Assembly: GCF_018350175.1 (NCBI RefSeq)
Contig: NC_058373.1
Span: forward strand, 106,766,001 to 106,830,000
Direction: 5' to 3'
Source of the DNA: Felis catus
Taxonomy: Eukaryota
Length of the DNA: 64,000 bases
Positions 25,029 to 39,134 of the stretch are shown here, piece by piece; positions within the stretch are counted from its first letter, which is position 1; every line of letters starts with the position of its first letter. A model generated the notes under the pieces. It did no database searches, was not told the origin of the DNA, and worked only from the letters and a program-made list of their open reading frames with translations. The translations under genes and the position numbers were made by a program.

Positions 25029-25225
25029 AAGAGTGGGGACTCTGGAGCCCTATGTGGACCAGGACCCAGAATCTCAACTCTCCACTTACTGGCTCTTGGG
25101 AGACCCTTGGGACCCTTACCTCAGCTTTGTGCCTGTTTCCTCACCTATCCAATGGAAATAATCAAAAGTGCCTACTTGTTAAGGTGCTCATGAGGAATAA
25201 ATGAATTATTATTTATAAAGTGCAT

Positions 25226-25430
25226 AGGCATGCCTGGATGGCTCTGTAGGTCCTGGATGACCTTGATTTCAGCTCAGGTCATGATCTCCCACAGTTGTGG
25301 AATGGATCCACACTCAGTGTGGAGACTGCTTGGGATTTCCTCTCTGCCCCTGTCCTGTGCGTGTGCATGCACTCTCTCTCTCCCTCAAAATAAATAAACA
25401 AACAAACAAGTAAACATTAAAAAATAATAA
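25226..25430 (+). mobile_element. Degenerate Can-SINE
   Basis: Diverged head, CT tract, A tail; flanking ataaagtgcatag repeat. Confidence 0.75.
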
Positions 25431-27483
25431 AGTGCATAGAATGGTGTCTAAGATCTAGCAAGTGCTATGCAAATATTTATTAACCAAAAGTATAAAATAA
25501 ATAGAGAAACACGAGGCTTCTGTCCCATTAATGAAAACAAACCATGCCCTAGGGGAAAATTAAGAAATAGGTGTCTTGTCTTTCCTACCTGAACTTCCTT
25601 CTTTCTGTCTCTTCTTACTTTTTCTATGTTCAACTTGAGCCCCCTTTTCAAGTTCTTACCAGGGTGTTAGCAGATCACAGTTGGTGATGTTTAAGGTTGC
25701 CCGTCTAAGCTTCCTTTTCCAAGGGGCCTTTGAATTCCCCTTGGAGACTCTGAAAGGCTGAAAAGTCAACAGAGTGTAAAGAAATGAATCTGCAGTGCTG
25801 ACATGTCAAGGTGGAGTTGTATTTTCAGATGGGGGGAATCCTTCTGTACCTGGGCTGCACCCTCCTGAGGCTGGCCCAGGGAGAATAATGCAAATTCATA
25901 CCTTTGAACCTAAAAGTTAAATTTAAAAAAACAAGCAGCCTCAAATGTCTCTGTGCTAGCATATGGAAATTGTGGCACTTTCTTGAAATGAGTCATCCTA
26001 AACCCAAGTTAGAAGCAGAGATAATTTCCAGATGTCAAAAATTTTTTATTTTTCACTAAATAAAAAAGCAAGCAAGATGGAACATTGTTCTTAATACTGC
26101 TTCTCTTCCTAGCTGTTAATGTTTACTCACTTCTGATTTTCCTAAGATTATCCCCTTGTAAGCTGTGGCCTAAATGCATTTAAATTGCCTTTGAATATCC
26201 CAAGCAATCCTTACTACCATGGAAACAGAACCAAGGATATGCAAGATGACTCCTCAGGGGCATAATTTGGTGCTTTACATACTTTTGATTGGTTGTTCCT
26301 TGCTCTACACCCCTTCTCTGAAATGCAATCATGTTGGTTGTATTTATTTTTATTATCCATGAGAGCACACAATTCACCAAGTAGTGGAAAGTGCCATTCA
26401 TCCATCAAAGTGCTTCCACAGATATTTATAATCACAGGCAGCATTAGCAAGGGCAAATCCGTATGCATCAGAAAGCATGGGCAGATTGATCCAGAAGGAT
26501 TTAGGCATTTGCCCAGTGGCCTATGAGGTAACCTACACTTTTTGTACTTTTGTTGGTGGAGGAGAAAAGGGCGTGGTCTAGTGCACCAAAGAATGCTGCC
26601 TAATGTCATGGCTCTTGAAAATGTGACTTGGCAGTTGTACAGTTCTGTATAGAGGGAGTATGAGAGTAACAATAAGGGACAAAAAATGAGAAATATCCAA
26701 CTTATGACTCTTTTGGTAAGGTATTTATAGCCTTAATAAAATACCTTAGCTGTTTCTCCCCCATATGTAAAATGGGCATTTCTGGAGTGTAGAGTTAAGG
26801 CTTGGGTTCAGTTTGAGGTCAGTGTTTGTAAACTAACGATCCTCTGGATGAAAGATTAGACATAATAAATATTTCCCTTGCCTGTTTCATCAAGCATGAT
26901 GAAGATGGAGAAAAATGTCAAGGTCATGTCTGTCTCTTTTGTTCATTCTATTTCAGTATCTATCTGAGTATCTATCTCAGCCACTTATAGGCATAATATT
27001 CTCATACTTTACAAATAACTGGAGTCATGACACATGCAAAGGCACAAAATAAATATTTGTTTTATTCTTTTTCGTCTTCCCTTTTTTGGGTTACTGGGAA
27101 TTCTCTGGGCATATGTCAAGAGACCAGCCCACTGCTTCTTAGAATAAATGATATCATGGCAATGAAAGGGCATAAAGACCAGACAAACTGGGCCTACCTG
27201 ACCTTCACCCGGCATAGAAATGATTTTGACATTTAGATGTTGAAAGACCAAACTGTTGACAACTAAGTTTAATCTCTATGATATATCAAAGTTCCTACAC
27301 AGTTAGGGTAAATATAAATAAATATTAATAAATATATTCACAGATATTTCTGATAGAAATATTTCTAATATTTCTAATAGATGAAGAAGATGGACTTATA
27401 GTTTCTGTGAGTGGATATAAAATTGGTACATAGAAACTTGAAAGGAAATTTTAATAATAATCAGATAAATGAAAAAAGAACTA

Positions 27484-27680
27484 TTTTTTAAGTTTATTTC
27501 TTTATTTTGAGAAATAGAGTGGAAGGGGCAGAGAGAGAGAGGGAGGAGAGAATCCCAGCCAGGCTCCTCACTGTCAGCATGGAGCCTGAAGTGGGGCTGG
27601 AACCCACGAACCATGAGATCATGACCTTAGCCAAAAACAAGAGTCATATGCTCAACCAACTGAGCCATCAAGGTACACCC
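27484..27680 (-). mobile_element. Can-SINE
   Basis: Reverse tail and head. Confidence 0.85.
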
Positions 27681-30600
27681 CTCCCCTGCTGCAAAAAATA
27701 CCATTTTATATGTAATTAGCAAAAGCAGTTCAATTATCTATTGAATGCTCACTGCTATGGAAAAGGAGGCAGACATGTCTCATGTTTGTGGCCACCTGTA
27801 TTTTTTTAAAACAAACTTATATTTGGGAAAGTTGTCAAATTATAAGTCCCGTCTCTTATAATACAGAACTCATTTTCCCAAGTTCCTTTTCAGCAAGGAT
27901 ATAGACATGTAACCTACAAATATATCCAATTAAGAGCTTGATAAGAAGAGGGAAATAGGAGGAAGTACATGATGTGCAGAATTCATTTCCTGAGAGATGA
28001 TAGCAGAGGTGTCCAGATTTGAGGGCTCTGGTATCTAGCCGCTGCCCAGACTCAGCAGGTAAACTGGCGTGGTGTCTCCTGATAACAACACAATCTTCTC
28101 TGGAACAGCCCTACAGTGTGGTGTGGGTAAACTCCACTCCTTCATGACTGTGGAGCCTCCAGACTTACCCTCTGAACCAATAAATTCCTTAGTTTACAGC
28201 TAAGAATGCTGATTAATATACTATATACATTCATACATCCTTGGTGCAAATATGAACTGAAACATCACTTTTGTAAAGTGCTTTGGTATTATATATATCA
28301 AGATCCAGAAAAAAATCTTCATCTCTGACTCATTAACCTTCTTCTAAAATTTTATGCTAAGAAAATAATCTAAAGGAAGGAAAATGGCTGTATGAATGGA
28401 CACAATTTAAAATTTCAAGGCATTAGAAACAATTTGAAGATCGCCACCTTGAAAGGAAATTGTTCCCCATGGGGAACATTTAAGTCAGTTATGGCATGCC
28501 CTTGGCACTCAGTAGAATGCCAGAATTTCCACATGTAAGGGTTTAGGATATATAATTTTGTTGGAGGGAGGCCAGGGGGCTTGAAGCTGCATTTAGACAG
28601 AGAGCTTGCTCTTTTCCCTTAGACTGAATATTTATTTGGGGTTGCTTGTGGGGAATATTTAATGGGATTGGGAGGCACTAAAATCTTCCCCAGCTATCTC
28701 CCCTAGACCTGCCACTATTAGCAGAAAATGACACAGTAAATAAAGTAAAATAATTTTTAGGAACTTATGTAGCACAGTAGGAAAAAAAATGCTCATGATA
28801 TCTTTATTAGGGAATAGAGCAAAAAACAAGTATATCTATGTAGTGACTACAGTTGAATTAGTAAATTGAGCCAGGTTTGGAAGGAAACACAGAAAAACAA
28901 TGTGATTTATTGAGTGACAGAATTGTCAATAAATATTTTGTTCTTGTTTTCTGCTGATGTCATTCAATGCAACAAATATTTTTATGCCTTACAAAATCGT
29001 CTTGTGGTCAAAATAATATCCTTGCTTTGGCAATGTTTCAGTGATATTATGGCAATACAGCCACCTTCTCGGTGAAGATGACTTTGATACCTATTGTCTT
29101 CCGGCAGAATTAGACTCAACGTGGGCTTTAGCTACTTTTGGTGTGTGTGGATCCACAGGACCAAAGGTAAAAGGCACACTCTAAGAAATCACCAGCCACG
29201 TAGGTCTTTCCACCCGAACTTTAAAAACACACCTGTTCACATGGAGAAATGATGTGCTCAACCATGACCCAGAAATTCCTCTCCTAGGTGTTTACCATGG
29301 CGAGATGATTGGCACACATGCACCAGTAGATACATACAAGAATATTTATGGTAGCACTATTTCTATTCACCAAAAACTGAAAACAATTTAAGTGTTCATT
29401 AATAGCAGAATAGATTCTTAAAAATGGGTAAATATATGGTGTAATCACATGATACTATATAATAGTACATAATAGTATCTACTTTTAGATAGTGACTGTA
29501 TACAAACTACTTTTAGACTCAATCAGACAAACAAAGCTCATAAGCATAACAATGAATAAAAGAGGCAAGATTCATGGTATGACTCCATTCATAAGTTTAA
29601 AAGCAGACAAAATTAAACTGTGCTATTTAGGGATGCATAGAAAATTGGTAAAACTATAAAGTAAGGTAAGGAGATGATTAACTCAGATGTCAAGATAGTA
29701 GCTGCCTCTGGGAAGGGAAGGGGAGAAGTAGTTGTGCTTAGAAAGAGGCACACTGTGGCTTCAGGCCTGGAAGTGTTCTTTCTTGATTGGATGGTGTTTG
29801 CAGATGATCACTTCATAATTTTGCATTAGATAGTGGTACATTTGTGTTTTACATTCCTTCCTTTGTGTATGTTGTGTGGAAATGAGAGTTCTCTGCAGGT
29901 CCTAGAGTCTGGTGCACTGGGAGGAGTCCCCTTTTAGTTCAGGCCAGGACCTTCTGCCACAGAGACGCTGAGGTTGCAGCTTCTGGATCTATAATTAGGG
30001 TGTCCATCACTGTCATGAAGAGTCATGAAAACGGGCATGTTTATTAACTGGCCAGTCCCCAGAGGGCTTGTGACTCATAGAAGCTCTTTGAGATGAAGGG
30101 GAAAGCGTTTCAGGGACTCTTAGCCTGGAGGCAGGATTCCAACACTTTTAAATGGAACCTAGAATGGGAGAGTAATGAGGAGTAAAGAGTTGTCCCTACA
30201 TTTTGCCATGACCAGTGAGGCCACCTGAATCACTGCCTTGGTTATGAACTGCTGCTCAAGAAGATGTAAGTTAAGTCTATTAAGCCTTCTTCCAACTGAC
30301 TTGGAAAGCAAAATACCTAACAATTTGACCAATCAATTGATTGCATGGATGGTCTGCCCCAAACCAAACATGCTACCAAGAACCAGAAGTTTGTATCGAT
30401 TACTTGTGCATTTGAAATCTATCATTTAAAACTCAAACCTGAGTTTTAAATGGTTCTAGTTTTCACAGGCTCTAGTTTAATTTTGTGTTCCTGGCACGCT
30501 ACTAAACTTGAGAAGAAGCAAAAGAGATTACTCGATGCTCTTGCATTGTAATGCTGAGCTTGACTTAACTATTGTCTGGGTGATGTGCAACTCTGTAGGA

Positions 30601-30828
30601 GTAGAGATGAACTTCTAGATTCTTGTGTAATAGAGATGCAAATAATTTCTGTCTTGTGGAACAGGTAACCCCCAAAATTATATGTGGCTCTTTGGACACT
30701 GACTGCTTTTGTATATAACTCAACAATCTTAGCATTGTCAAAAATACCTAATTTCTCAAATGCTCTTTAGATAGGCTTTTAAATCAATTGGACAATCATA
30801 GGAAAAAAGGAAGGAAGGGAGGGGCAGC

Positions 30829-30887
<59 letters not shown>

Positions 30888-31044
30888 AGGGAAGGGAAGG
30901 GAAGGGAAGGGAAGGGAAGGGAAGGGAAGGGAAGGGAAGGGAAGGGAAGGGAAGGGAAGGGAAGGGAAGGGAAGGGAAGGGAAGGGAAGGGAAGGGAAGG
31001 GAAGGGAAGGGAAGGGAAGGGAAGGGAAGGGAAGGGAAAGGAAA
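30829..31044. repeat. Compound polypurine microsatellite (GA)n-(GGGAA)31
   Basis: (GA)n 30829-30883, then uninterrupted GGGAA units 30884-31038. Confidence 0.97.
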
Positions 31045-32340
31045 TGTTTGCTCTGTGAAAGACAGTGTGAATAAGATAAACAAGCTACAGACGGAGAGAC
31101 AATATTTGCAAACCACATATCCAACAAAGGAGTGGTATCTAGAATATATAAAAAAAATGAAAACTCAACACTAAAAAAAGCACCCTAAATAATCCAAGAA
31201 GATGGCCAAAGTCTTGAACAGATATTTCACTGAAGATGATAACTAAGTACATGAAAAGGTGTTCAACATCAGGAGCTCCCAGGAAAATTCAAATTAAAAC
31301 CACAATGAGATGTGACTACATACCTATTGGAATAGTGAAAGTGAAAATTAGTGACAAAACTAAATGCTGGCAAGGAATGTGGAGAAATGAGATCACTCTT
31401 ACATTGATGATGAGAATGTGAAATGGTACAGCCATTCTGGAAAACAGTTTGGTAGTTTCTCAGAAAACTAAACACACAAAAAACAGATGATGCAGCAATT
31501 GCACCCTTGGATATTTATCCCAGAGAAATGAAAACTTATGTCCAAATGAAAACCTGTACACAAATGTTGACAAATGTTCATTTCAAATGTTTTTCATAAT
31601 AGCCCCAAAGTTCCTTCGACGGACAAATAGTTAAATGGTGACACAGCCATACCATAAATACTACTCAGCAGGAAAATAAAAGAGAACAAGAATGAGACAC
31701 TATTAGTACATGCAACAATTTGGATTACTCTCCAGGGAATTATGCTCAGTGAAAAAAAGCCAGTCCTAAAAGGTTACGTACCGTATTATTCTATTTACTT
31801 AACATTTAAATGTTAACATCTAATATTTCAATATTTAATATACTTTAACATTTTGAACACTTAACATTCCATTTATTTAACTTTCCATATTTTAAATTAT
31901 TTGACAAGTTGAAACATTTATTTGCCCTATTTAATATGAAATTTTAGAAGTAGAGAACAGATCAGTGGTTTTCAGGATTACGGATCAAGAGGGAGGGTGG
32001 GAGGAGAGGGAGGTAGGTGTGGGCATAAAAGAGAACAGGAGGGATGCTTCTTACTATAAAGGAGCTGTTCTATATCTTGACTATAATGGTGGACACATGA
32101 CCTACAGATGTGATAAAATTGTGTAGAACCCCCTCCCAACACACACACTCATACACACAAGTACAATGAAATAAGAAATCTGTACAAGATCAGTGGATTG
32201 CACCAATGTCAATATTCTGGTTGTGATATTATTTTTTACAAAATGTTACCTTTGGGGGAAACTGTATAAAGGGTATCTGGGATCTTCTTGTGTTATTTCT
32301 TACAATTGCACATGGGCATACAATTACCTCAATTAACATT
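31045..32340 (+). mobile_element. Old L1M 3' fragment
   Basis: Degenerate ORF2 (KRCSTS...IQIKTTMR) and L1MC/MD-type 3' UTR (tgtgataaaattgtgtagaac, aatgttacctttgggggaaactg). Confidence 0.75.
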
Positions 32341-32828
32341 TCATGATTATATATAATATGCACACTCTTGGTATAGAAATATACAGAAAATAAAGAAAAA
32401 GTGTGAAGAAAAATAAAAGAATCCTCAATTTTATCACCTGCAAATAAACTATTAAGACTTTAAAGTAATCCTTCCAGCCTTTTAAGAAGTCATATTAAAA
32501 ACATTGGTGTCACTTTGTTTTATAAGCTAGTATTTTCACTTAATATACTGTGAGAAGTTTTCTGTATCATTATATAGTTTCCTATAAAATTATTTTTAAT
32601 GACTGCATATAATTCCTTCATATAGAAAAACTACAGTCTATTTACCCAATCTCTGGTTTTATTCTATTTTTCTCTCTGATGAGAAATGTTCAATGAATAT
32701 CTTTGAGGATAACCCTTTGGTCACATCCCTGATTATTTCCCTCAGATAAGTTTTAGGAAGTAGAATTACTGCTCAATGAGTATGAACATTTTTAAGACCT
32801 TTAACACTTATCACTAAAATGCTCCAAA

Positions 32829-34000
32829 GTGGGGTCTTGGTGGGTCAGTTGGTTAAGAATCTAACTCTTGATTTCGGCTCAGGTTGAAATCTCACATTTC
32901 ATGAGATCGAGCCGTGTGTTGGGCTCTGCACTGACAGTGTGATTCCTGCTTTGGATTCTCTCTCTCCCTCTCTCTGCCCCTTCCCACTGATGCTCTCTCT
33001 CTCTGTCTTTCTCTCTCTCAAAATAAATAAATAAATAAACTTTAAAAAATAAAATAAGTAAAATAAAATAAAAATAAAATGCTCCAGAAAAAAGTTGTAG
33101 CAAAATACACTCCTATAAACAGTAAAATATTTATTCCCAAATCTTCACAGATAATAAGAATTATAATTTATTAAAAGTTGATAATTTGGGGGGCACCTGG
33201 GTGACTCAGTCCATTAAGTGTCTGACTTCATCCCAGGTCATGATCTCACAGTTCGTGGGTTTGAGCCCCGCGTCAGGCTCTGTGCTGACAGCTCAGAGGC
33301 TGGAGCCTGCTTCGGTTTCTGTGTGTGTCTTTCTCTCTGCCCCTCCCCCACTCATGCTCTGTCTCTCTCTCTCTCTCTCTATCTCAAAAATAAATAAGCA
33401 TTAAAAACAATATTTTTAAGTCGATAATTTTTTATAAAATTTTTAAGAGAAATATAGTATCTCATTTTGAAACTTTGTTTCCTTTAAATGTTATTCAATT
33501 AATTTTTTTTTATATATTAGCCATTACAATTCTACTTTTGGGAATTGACTTCCCATGTCCTTTATTCATTTTTCTGTTTCAGTAGGCACTGTATTTCCTT
33601 ACTGTAAGTGAGCTTTCACATTTTTTATATTCAAATCAAGATGTTTCTTAGTAGCTTCTTCCTTTTAATTTCAAGCTTATAAAGTCCCTTCTCACCTTGA
33701 TGGCCGGTTAATAGTTTATCATCTATATTTATTTGTCATCTTTTTATATTTTCACTTTGTTTTTATATTTAATTTTTTAATCCGCCTGAATTTTGGTGTA
33801 AATTATAAAAAATATGGGGCACCTGGGTGGCTTAGTCAATTGAGCGTCTGACTCTTGATTTTGGCTCAGGTCATAATCCCAGGGTTGTGCGATCAAGCCC
33901 CATGTCGGGCTCTGTGCAGAGTGTGGAAACTCTTTTGGATTCTCTCTCTCTCTCTGCCCCTCTCCCCTGCTTGTGCTCTCTCTCCCTCTTAAAAAATACA
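32829..34000 (+). mobile_element. Cluster of three Can-SINEs (~32829-33078, ~33188-33420, ~33817-34000)
   Basis: Three separate heads, CT tracts and A tails. Confidence 0.85.
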
Positions 34001-36533
34001 TATAGATAGATAGATACAGATATGACACCTTTTCTTAATTGTTCACCATTTGTCTCACCACTATTTATTGGGGGGGGTATCTTTTCTTCAAATTCAAATT
34101 TTAAATGTCATTTTTGTCAAGTACCAAACTTTTATGTGTTTTGATACTGCTTTCAAAGGTTTCTATTCTGTTCATTGTTGTGTTTACTGTTGGAATAGTC
34201 TCACTTTGTTTTCTTGATTGCATTGATTGATTGCACTTGTATATTGTAATGCCTGGAAATGCAAGCTCTCATTTTATTACTGTTCTTTTAATATTTCCTG
34301 ACTATTTTCAACAATATATTTGACACATTTTTTTGCTGATGTGAGCATCCAACTAAACGTATATGTAGATTATGACCTGTCCTTCCACTTCTCCAACTGC
34401 TAAATTATAATAGAGAACATCTATTGAGTGCTTTGTGCCAGACACTGTTCCAAGTATTTTTACACACATCAACTCATTTAATGTTAGCAGTGACCCTATA
34501 AGGTGGGTATGTGCAGTGTCTGTGTTTTACAGAAGAGGAAGTAGAAGCATGAAGAGGTTAAGTAAACTTGCCCAAGGTCACATAGCTAGTATGTGGCTAA
34601 ACTAGCTGTTGCATATAACATGCCCACTAAATCCAGACAGTTTGGCTCCAGAGCTCACTCTCTGTCAAACAGTATAGCTAGGGTGAATATTATCTTGATT
34701 TTTTTTTTTTTTTTGCTTTAAACTGGAAATACTATGAGGTAATAAGCCTGAGATACCACAGTGACTAAAAACATGGTTCAAAGCAGCCTCGTATGCATAT
34801 TCTATATTAAAATATATTTTCTTTTAGAGTGATGAAGGAAATTTTCTTTACATTATAAAATAGAACTAAGAGTTCTGAACCTCAACAAAGGAGAAAACAG
34901 GAGGCAGCAAACTATTAGTACTTCTATTGATGCTAACTAGATTAACCATCACTAAAATTATCTTCCTTATTAGTTTGTAACTCTGTCTAAAATTCCACTA
35001 TTACAGATTCATTGCTCCAGGTTAACTCTCTAAGGTGTGAATAGCCCCTGGTGATACAATACTTGTCAGGGTATTTATTATCTATACTGTGGTGTGATTC
35101 CAATTCCTCCTAAAACTAGTCCTGACATAATAGAAGTTGTCACAGTCCAAAGGGGAGATGGAAATAGAAGGCAATGTTCTTCTGGAGCCTGGAGAGAAGG
35201 AAGGCTGTAAGAGTAGTGATTGGGTGGTGGGAGACCACAGTTAAAAAAGAGGCAGTTGGCCAGTAGCCTCAAGTGACAGAAGTGACAGAAGGAGATTGGA
35301 AGGTGGAAGAGGGTCCCATGGAGAGGCAGGAGGTGGGGAGAGACTCCTTTCCTCAAAGTTTTCCCAGGACTGTAGCTGGGTGCAGCTGAGCATTCTAAAA
35401 GGAGGACTTCCTCTGGGGATTGGGGAGTCAGGAAGGGACTGTGAAAGGAGTCCACACCCTTGACATTCACTCAGAAGCTCTGAGGTTCGTTGGAAATGCT
35501 GCATGGGAAGCTATGTCCAACGGCACGCAAGCATACACATACAACACCATAAAAGGAGACAGCATTGTAGACTTTCCTCAAATCCTCACGGCTGTGAATT
35601 TCTCCAACAAAGTTCTTGCAACATCATGGCCTCTACCAAACCTTCCCCCATTTGTCACTGCCACAATGATGCTGACCTTGAAATCCAATACCAGGGGAAA
35701 AAGGTGGGGGCTTCAATAGCATTCCTTTTATGTAAATTCTTACTAGCTCACACAAATATTTTTCATTGCTTTGTGTTTTATGGGAGGTATGAGTGGAATA
35801 GTTTAATGGGTATGCTGATTCTAAAAGCAATGGATGCTTATTGTAAAAAATCAGTGATGTAGAGAGAGAAGAGAGTGAGCTTCTCCTCTCACCCTGCTAC
35901 ACTGCAGTGTGCCTTCCAAACTTTGCCAATGGCAGAACGGTGAGATGCCATTTTGGTTTTTTTTAATTTCTTTAATTCTTTTATTATTGATTGATTGATT
36001 TTAAATATATTTTATAGTCAAATTGGCTAACATACAGTGAGTAAATTGTGCTCTTGGTTTTTGGGATAGATTCCCATGTCATTGCTTACGTATAACACCC
36101 AGTGCTCATCCCAACAAATGCCCTCCTCAATGTCCATCACCCATTTTCCCCTCTCCCACACCACCCCATCAACCCTCAAATTGTTCTCTGCATTTAAGAG
36201 TCTCTTATGGTTTGCCTCCCTCCCTCTCTGTAACTATTTTTTTCCCCTTCTCTTCCCCCATGGTCTTCTGTTAGGTTTCTCAAGATCCACATATGAGTGA
36301 AAACATGATATCTGTCTTTCTCTGACTGACTTATTTCACTCAGCATAATACCTTCCATAATACTTTCCACGTTGCTGCAAATGGCATGATATCATTCTTT
36401 CTCATTACCAAGTAGTATTCCATTGTATATATAAACCACATTTTCTTTATCCACTCATCAGTTGATGGACATTTGGGCTCTTTCCATAATTTGGCTACTG
36501 CTGAAAGCTTTGCTATAAACATTAGAGTACCTG

Positions 36534-38527
36534 GCACAAAAACAGACACATAGACCAATGGAATAGAATAGAAACTCCAGAACTAGACCCACAAACGTAT
36601 GGCCAACTCATCTTTGACAAAGCAGGAAAGAACATCCAATGGAAAAAAGACAGCCTCTTTAACAAATGGTGCTGGGAGAACTGGACAGCAACATGCAGAA
36701 GGTTGAAACTAGACCACTTTCTCACACCATTCACAAAAATAAACTCAAAATGGGGCGCCTGGGTGGCACAGTCGGTTAAGCGTCCGACTTCAGCCAGGTC
36801 ACGATCTCGCGGTCCGGGAGTTCGAGCCCCGCGTCAGGCTCTGGGCTGATGGCTCGGAGCCTGGAGCCTGTTTCCGATTCTGTGTCTCCCTCTCTCTCTG
36901 CCCCTCCCCTGTTCATGCTCTGTCTCTCTCTGTCCCAAAAATAAATAAAAACGTTGAAAAAAAAATTAAAAAAAAAATAAACTCAAAATGGATAAAGGAC
37001 CTAAATGTGAGACAGGAAACCATCAAAACCTTAGAGGAGAAAGCAGGAAAAGACCTCTCTGACCTCAGCCGTAGCAATCTCTTACTCGACACATCCCCAA
37101 AGGCAAGGGAATTAAAAGCAAAAGTGAATTACTGGGAACTTATGAAGATAAAAAGCTTCTGCACAGCAAAGGAAACAACCAACAAAACTAAAAGGCAGCC
37201 AACGGAATGGGAAAAGATATTCGCAAATGACATATCGGACAAAGGGCTAGTATCCAAAATCTATAAAGAGCTCACCAAACTCCACACCTGAAAAACAAAT
37301 AACCCAGTGAAGAAATGGGCAGAAAACATGAATAGACACTTCTCTAAAGAAGACATCCGGATGGCCAACAGGCACATGAAAAGATGTTCAGCGTCGCTCC
37401 TCATCAGGGAAATACAAATCAAAACCACACTCAGATATCACCTCACGCCAGTCAGAGTGGCCAAAATGAACAAATCAGGAGACTGTAGATGCTGGAGAGG
37501 ATGTGGAGAAACGGGAACCCTCTTGCACTGTTGGTGGGAATGCAAATTGGTGCAGCCGCTCTGGAAAGCAGTGTGGAGGTTCCTCAGAAAATTAAAAATA
37601 GACCTACCCTATGACCCAGCAATAGCACTGCTAGGAATTTATCCAAGGGATACAGGAGTACTGATGCATAGGGCCACTTGTACCCCAATGTTCATAGCAG
37701 CACTCTCAACAATAGCCAAATTACGGAAAGAGCCTAAATGTCCATCAACTGATGAATGGATAAAGAAATGGTGGTTTATATACACAATGGAATTCTACGT
37801 GGCAATGAGAAAAAATGAAATATGGCCTTTTGTAGCAACGTGGATGGAACTGGAGAGTGTGATGCTAAGTAAAATAAGCCATACAGAGAAAGACAGATAC
37901 CATATGTTTTCACTCTTATGTGGATCCTGAGAAACTTAACAGAAACCCATGGGGGAGGGGAAGGAAAAAAAAAAAGAGGTTAGAGTGGGAGAGAGCCAAA
38001 GCATAAGAGACTGTTAAAAACTGAGAACAAACTGAGGGTTGATGGGGGGTGGGAGGGAGGAGAGGGTGGGTGATGGGTATTGAGGAGGGCACCTTTTGGG
38101 ATGAGCACTGGGTGTTGTATGGAAACCAATTTGTCAATAAATTTCATTAAAAAAAAAAAAAAAAGAATGGCCAAAATCCAGATGAACAAGTGGACCTCAG
38201 AGGACTTTTAGGGCAATAAACATACTCTGTATGATATTATAATGATAGATGCATGTCATTATACATTTGTCCAAACCTATACAATTTACACCAGCAAGAG
38301 TGAACTCTAAAGTAAACTATGGACTTCGGGTGATTATGATGCGCCAGCGTAGACTCTTCCTTGGTATAAAATGTACGATTCTGGTGACTGATGTTGATAC
38401 TGGGGGAAGGCAGGCATGTGTCGGGTGGGAGGTATTTAAGAAATCTCTGTACCTCCCTCTCAATTTTGTTGTAAATCTAAAACTGCTCTAAACAAATAAA
38501 GTATTAAAAAAGTAAAAAAACAAAACA
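36534..38527 (+). mobile_element. Young 5'-truncated cat-type L1 with 3'-transduced tail
   Basis: Near-intact ORF2 C-terminus (ORFs 37007-37291 and 37307-37930 ending ...FSLLCGS*), poly(A) 38149-38164, extra segment, second A tail; TSD aaacattagagtacctg at 36517-36533 and 38528-38544. Confidence 0.93.
36752..36977 (+). mobile_element. Young SINEC_Fc-like SINE inside L1 ORF2
   Basis: CpG-rich near-consensus copy; TSD aaaaataaactcaaaatgg at 36735-36753 and 36973-36991. Confidence 0.93.
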
Positions 38528-39134
38528 AAACATTAGAGTACCTGTGCCCCTATGAATCAGCACTCCTGTGTCCTTTGGATAAATTCCTAGTAGTGCTATT
38601 GCTGGGTTGTAGGGTAGTCCTGTGTTTAATTTTTTGAGGAACCTCTCTCTACATTGTTTTCCAGAGGGACTGCACCAGTTTGCATTCCCACCAATGGTAC
38701 AAGAGGGTTCCCTTTAGTGAGATACCATTTTGAATTTTTACTTAACATGTTATTGTGGACCCTTCTTTGTGTCAATAAATGTAGCACCCCAATTATTGGC
38801 TCCATAGTATCCCACTATATTTTCTGCTGCATATGATTTATTCAACAAACCGAACAGATGGACACTGAGATCATTGCAATCTCTTTCCATTATATATTAT
38901 CCTCACACTAATTGCTCCCAAGGTATTAATTTCCTAAGAAAAGAATTGCTGAGCTAAGTGACACTATGTATGACACTAAATGGATGTATATGAGCTATAT
39001 TATATTTTATTGTACCTTTTAATACCTCCACCACTTGCTTTACCATGTCTTTTCCTTTACTATGTCTTTTCGTGGTATTCAGCTTTGTTCAGAAATCATT
39101 TTAAAACTTGCTCTATTGTTTCTTTTTTTTTTTG

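Larger units (their letters stand above)
35956..38716 (-). mobile_element. Host 5'-truncated carnivore L1 3' end (35956-36516 plus 38545-38716), split by a younger L1
   Basis: Minus-strand peptide [20 protein letters not shown]; sequence resumes colinearly after 38544; TSD gtgagat(g/a)ccattttg at 35940-35955 and 38717-38732. Confidence 0.85.

Noticed and set aside
30756..31174. ORFs with (FPSLP)n or (GKGRE)n repeats
   Set aside because: Translations of the GGGAA microsatellite.
37007..37930. Long ORFs resembling reverse-transcriptase protein C-termini (also 41294-41797)
   Set aside because: Fragments of truncated or disrupted L1 ORF2; no intact autonomous element.
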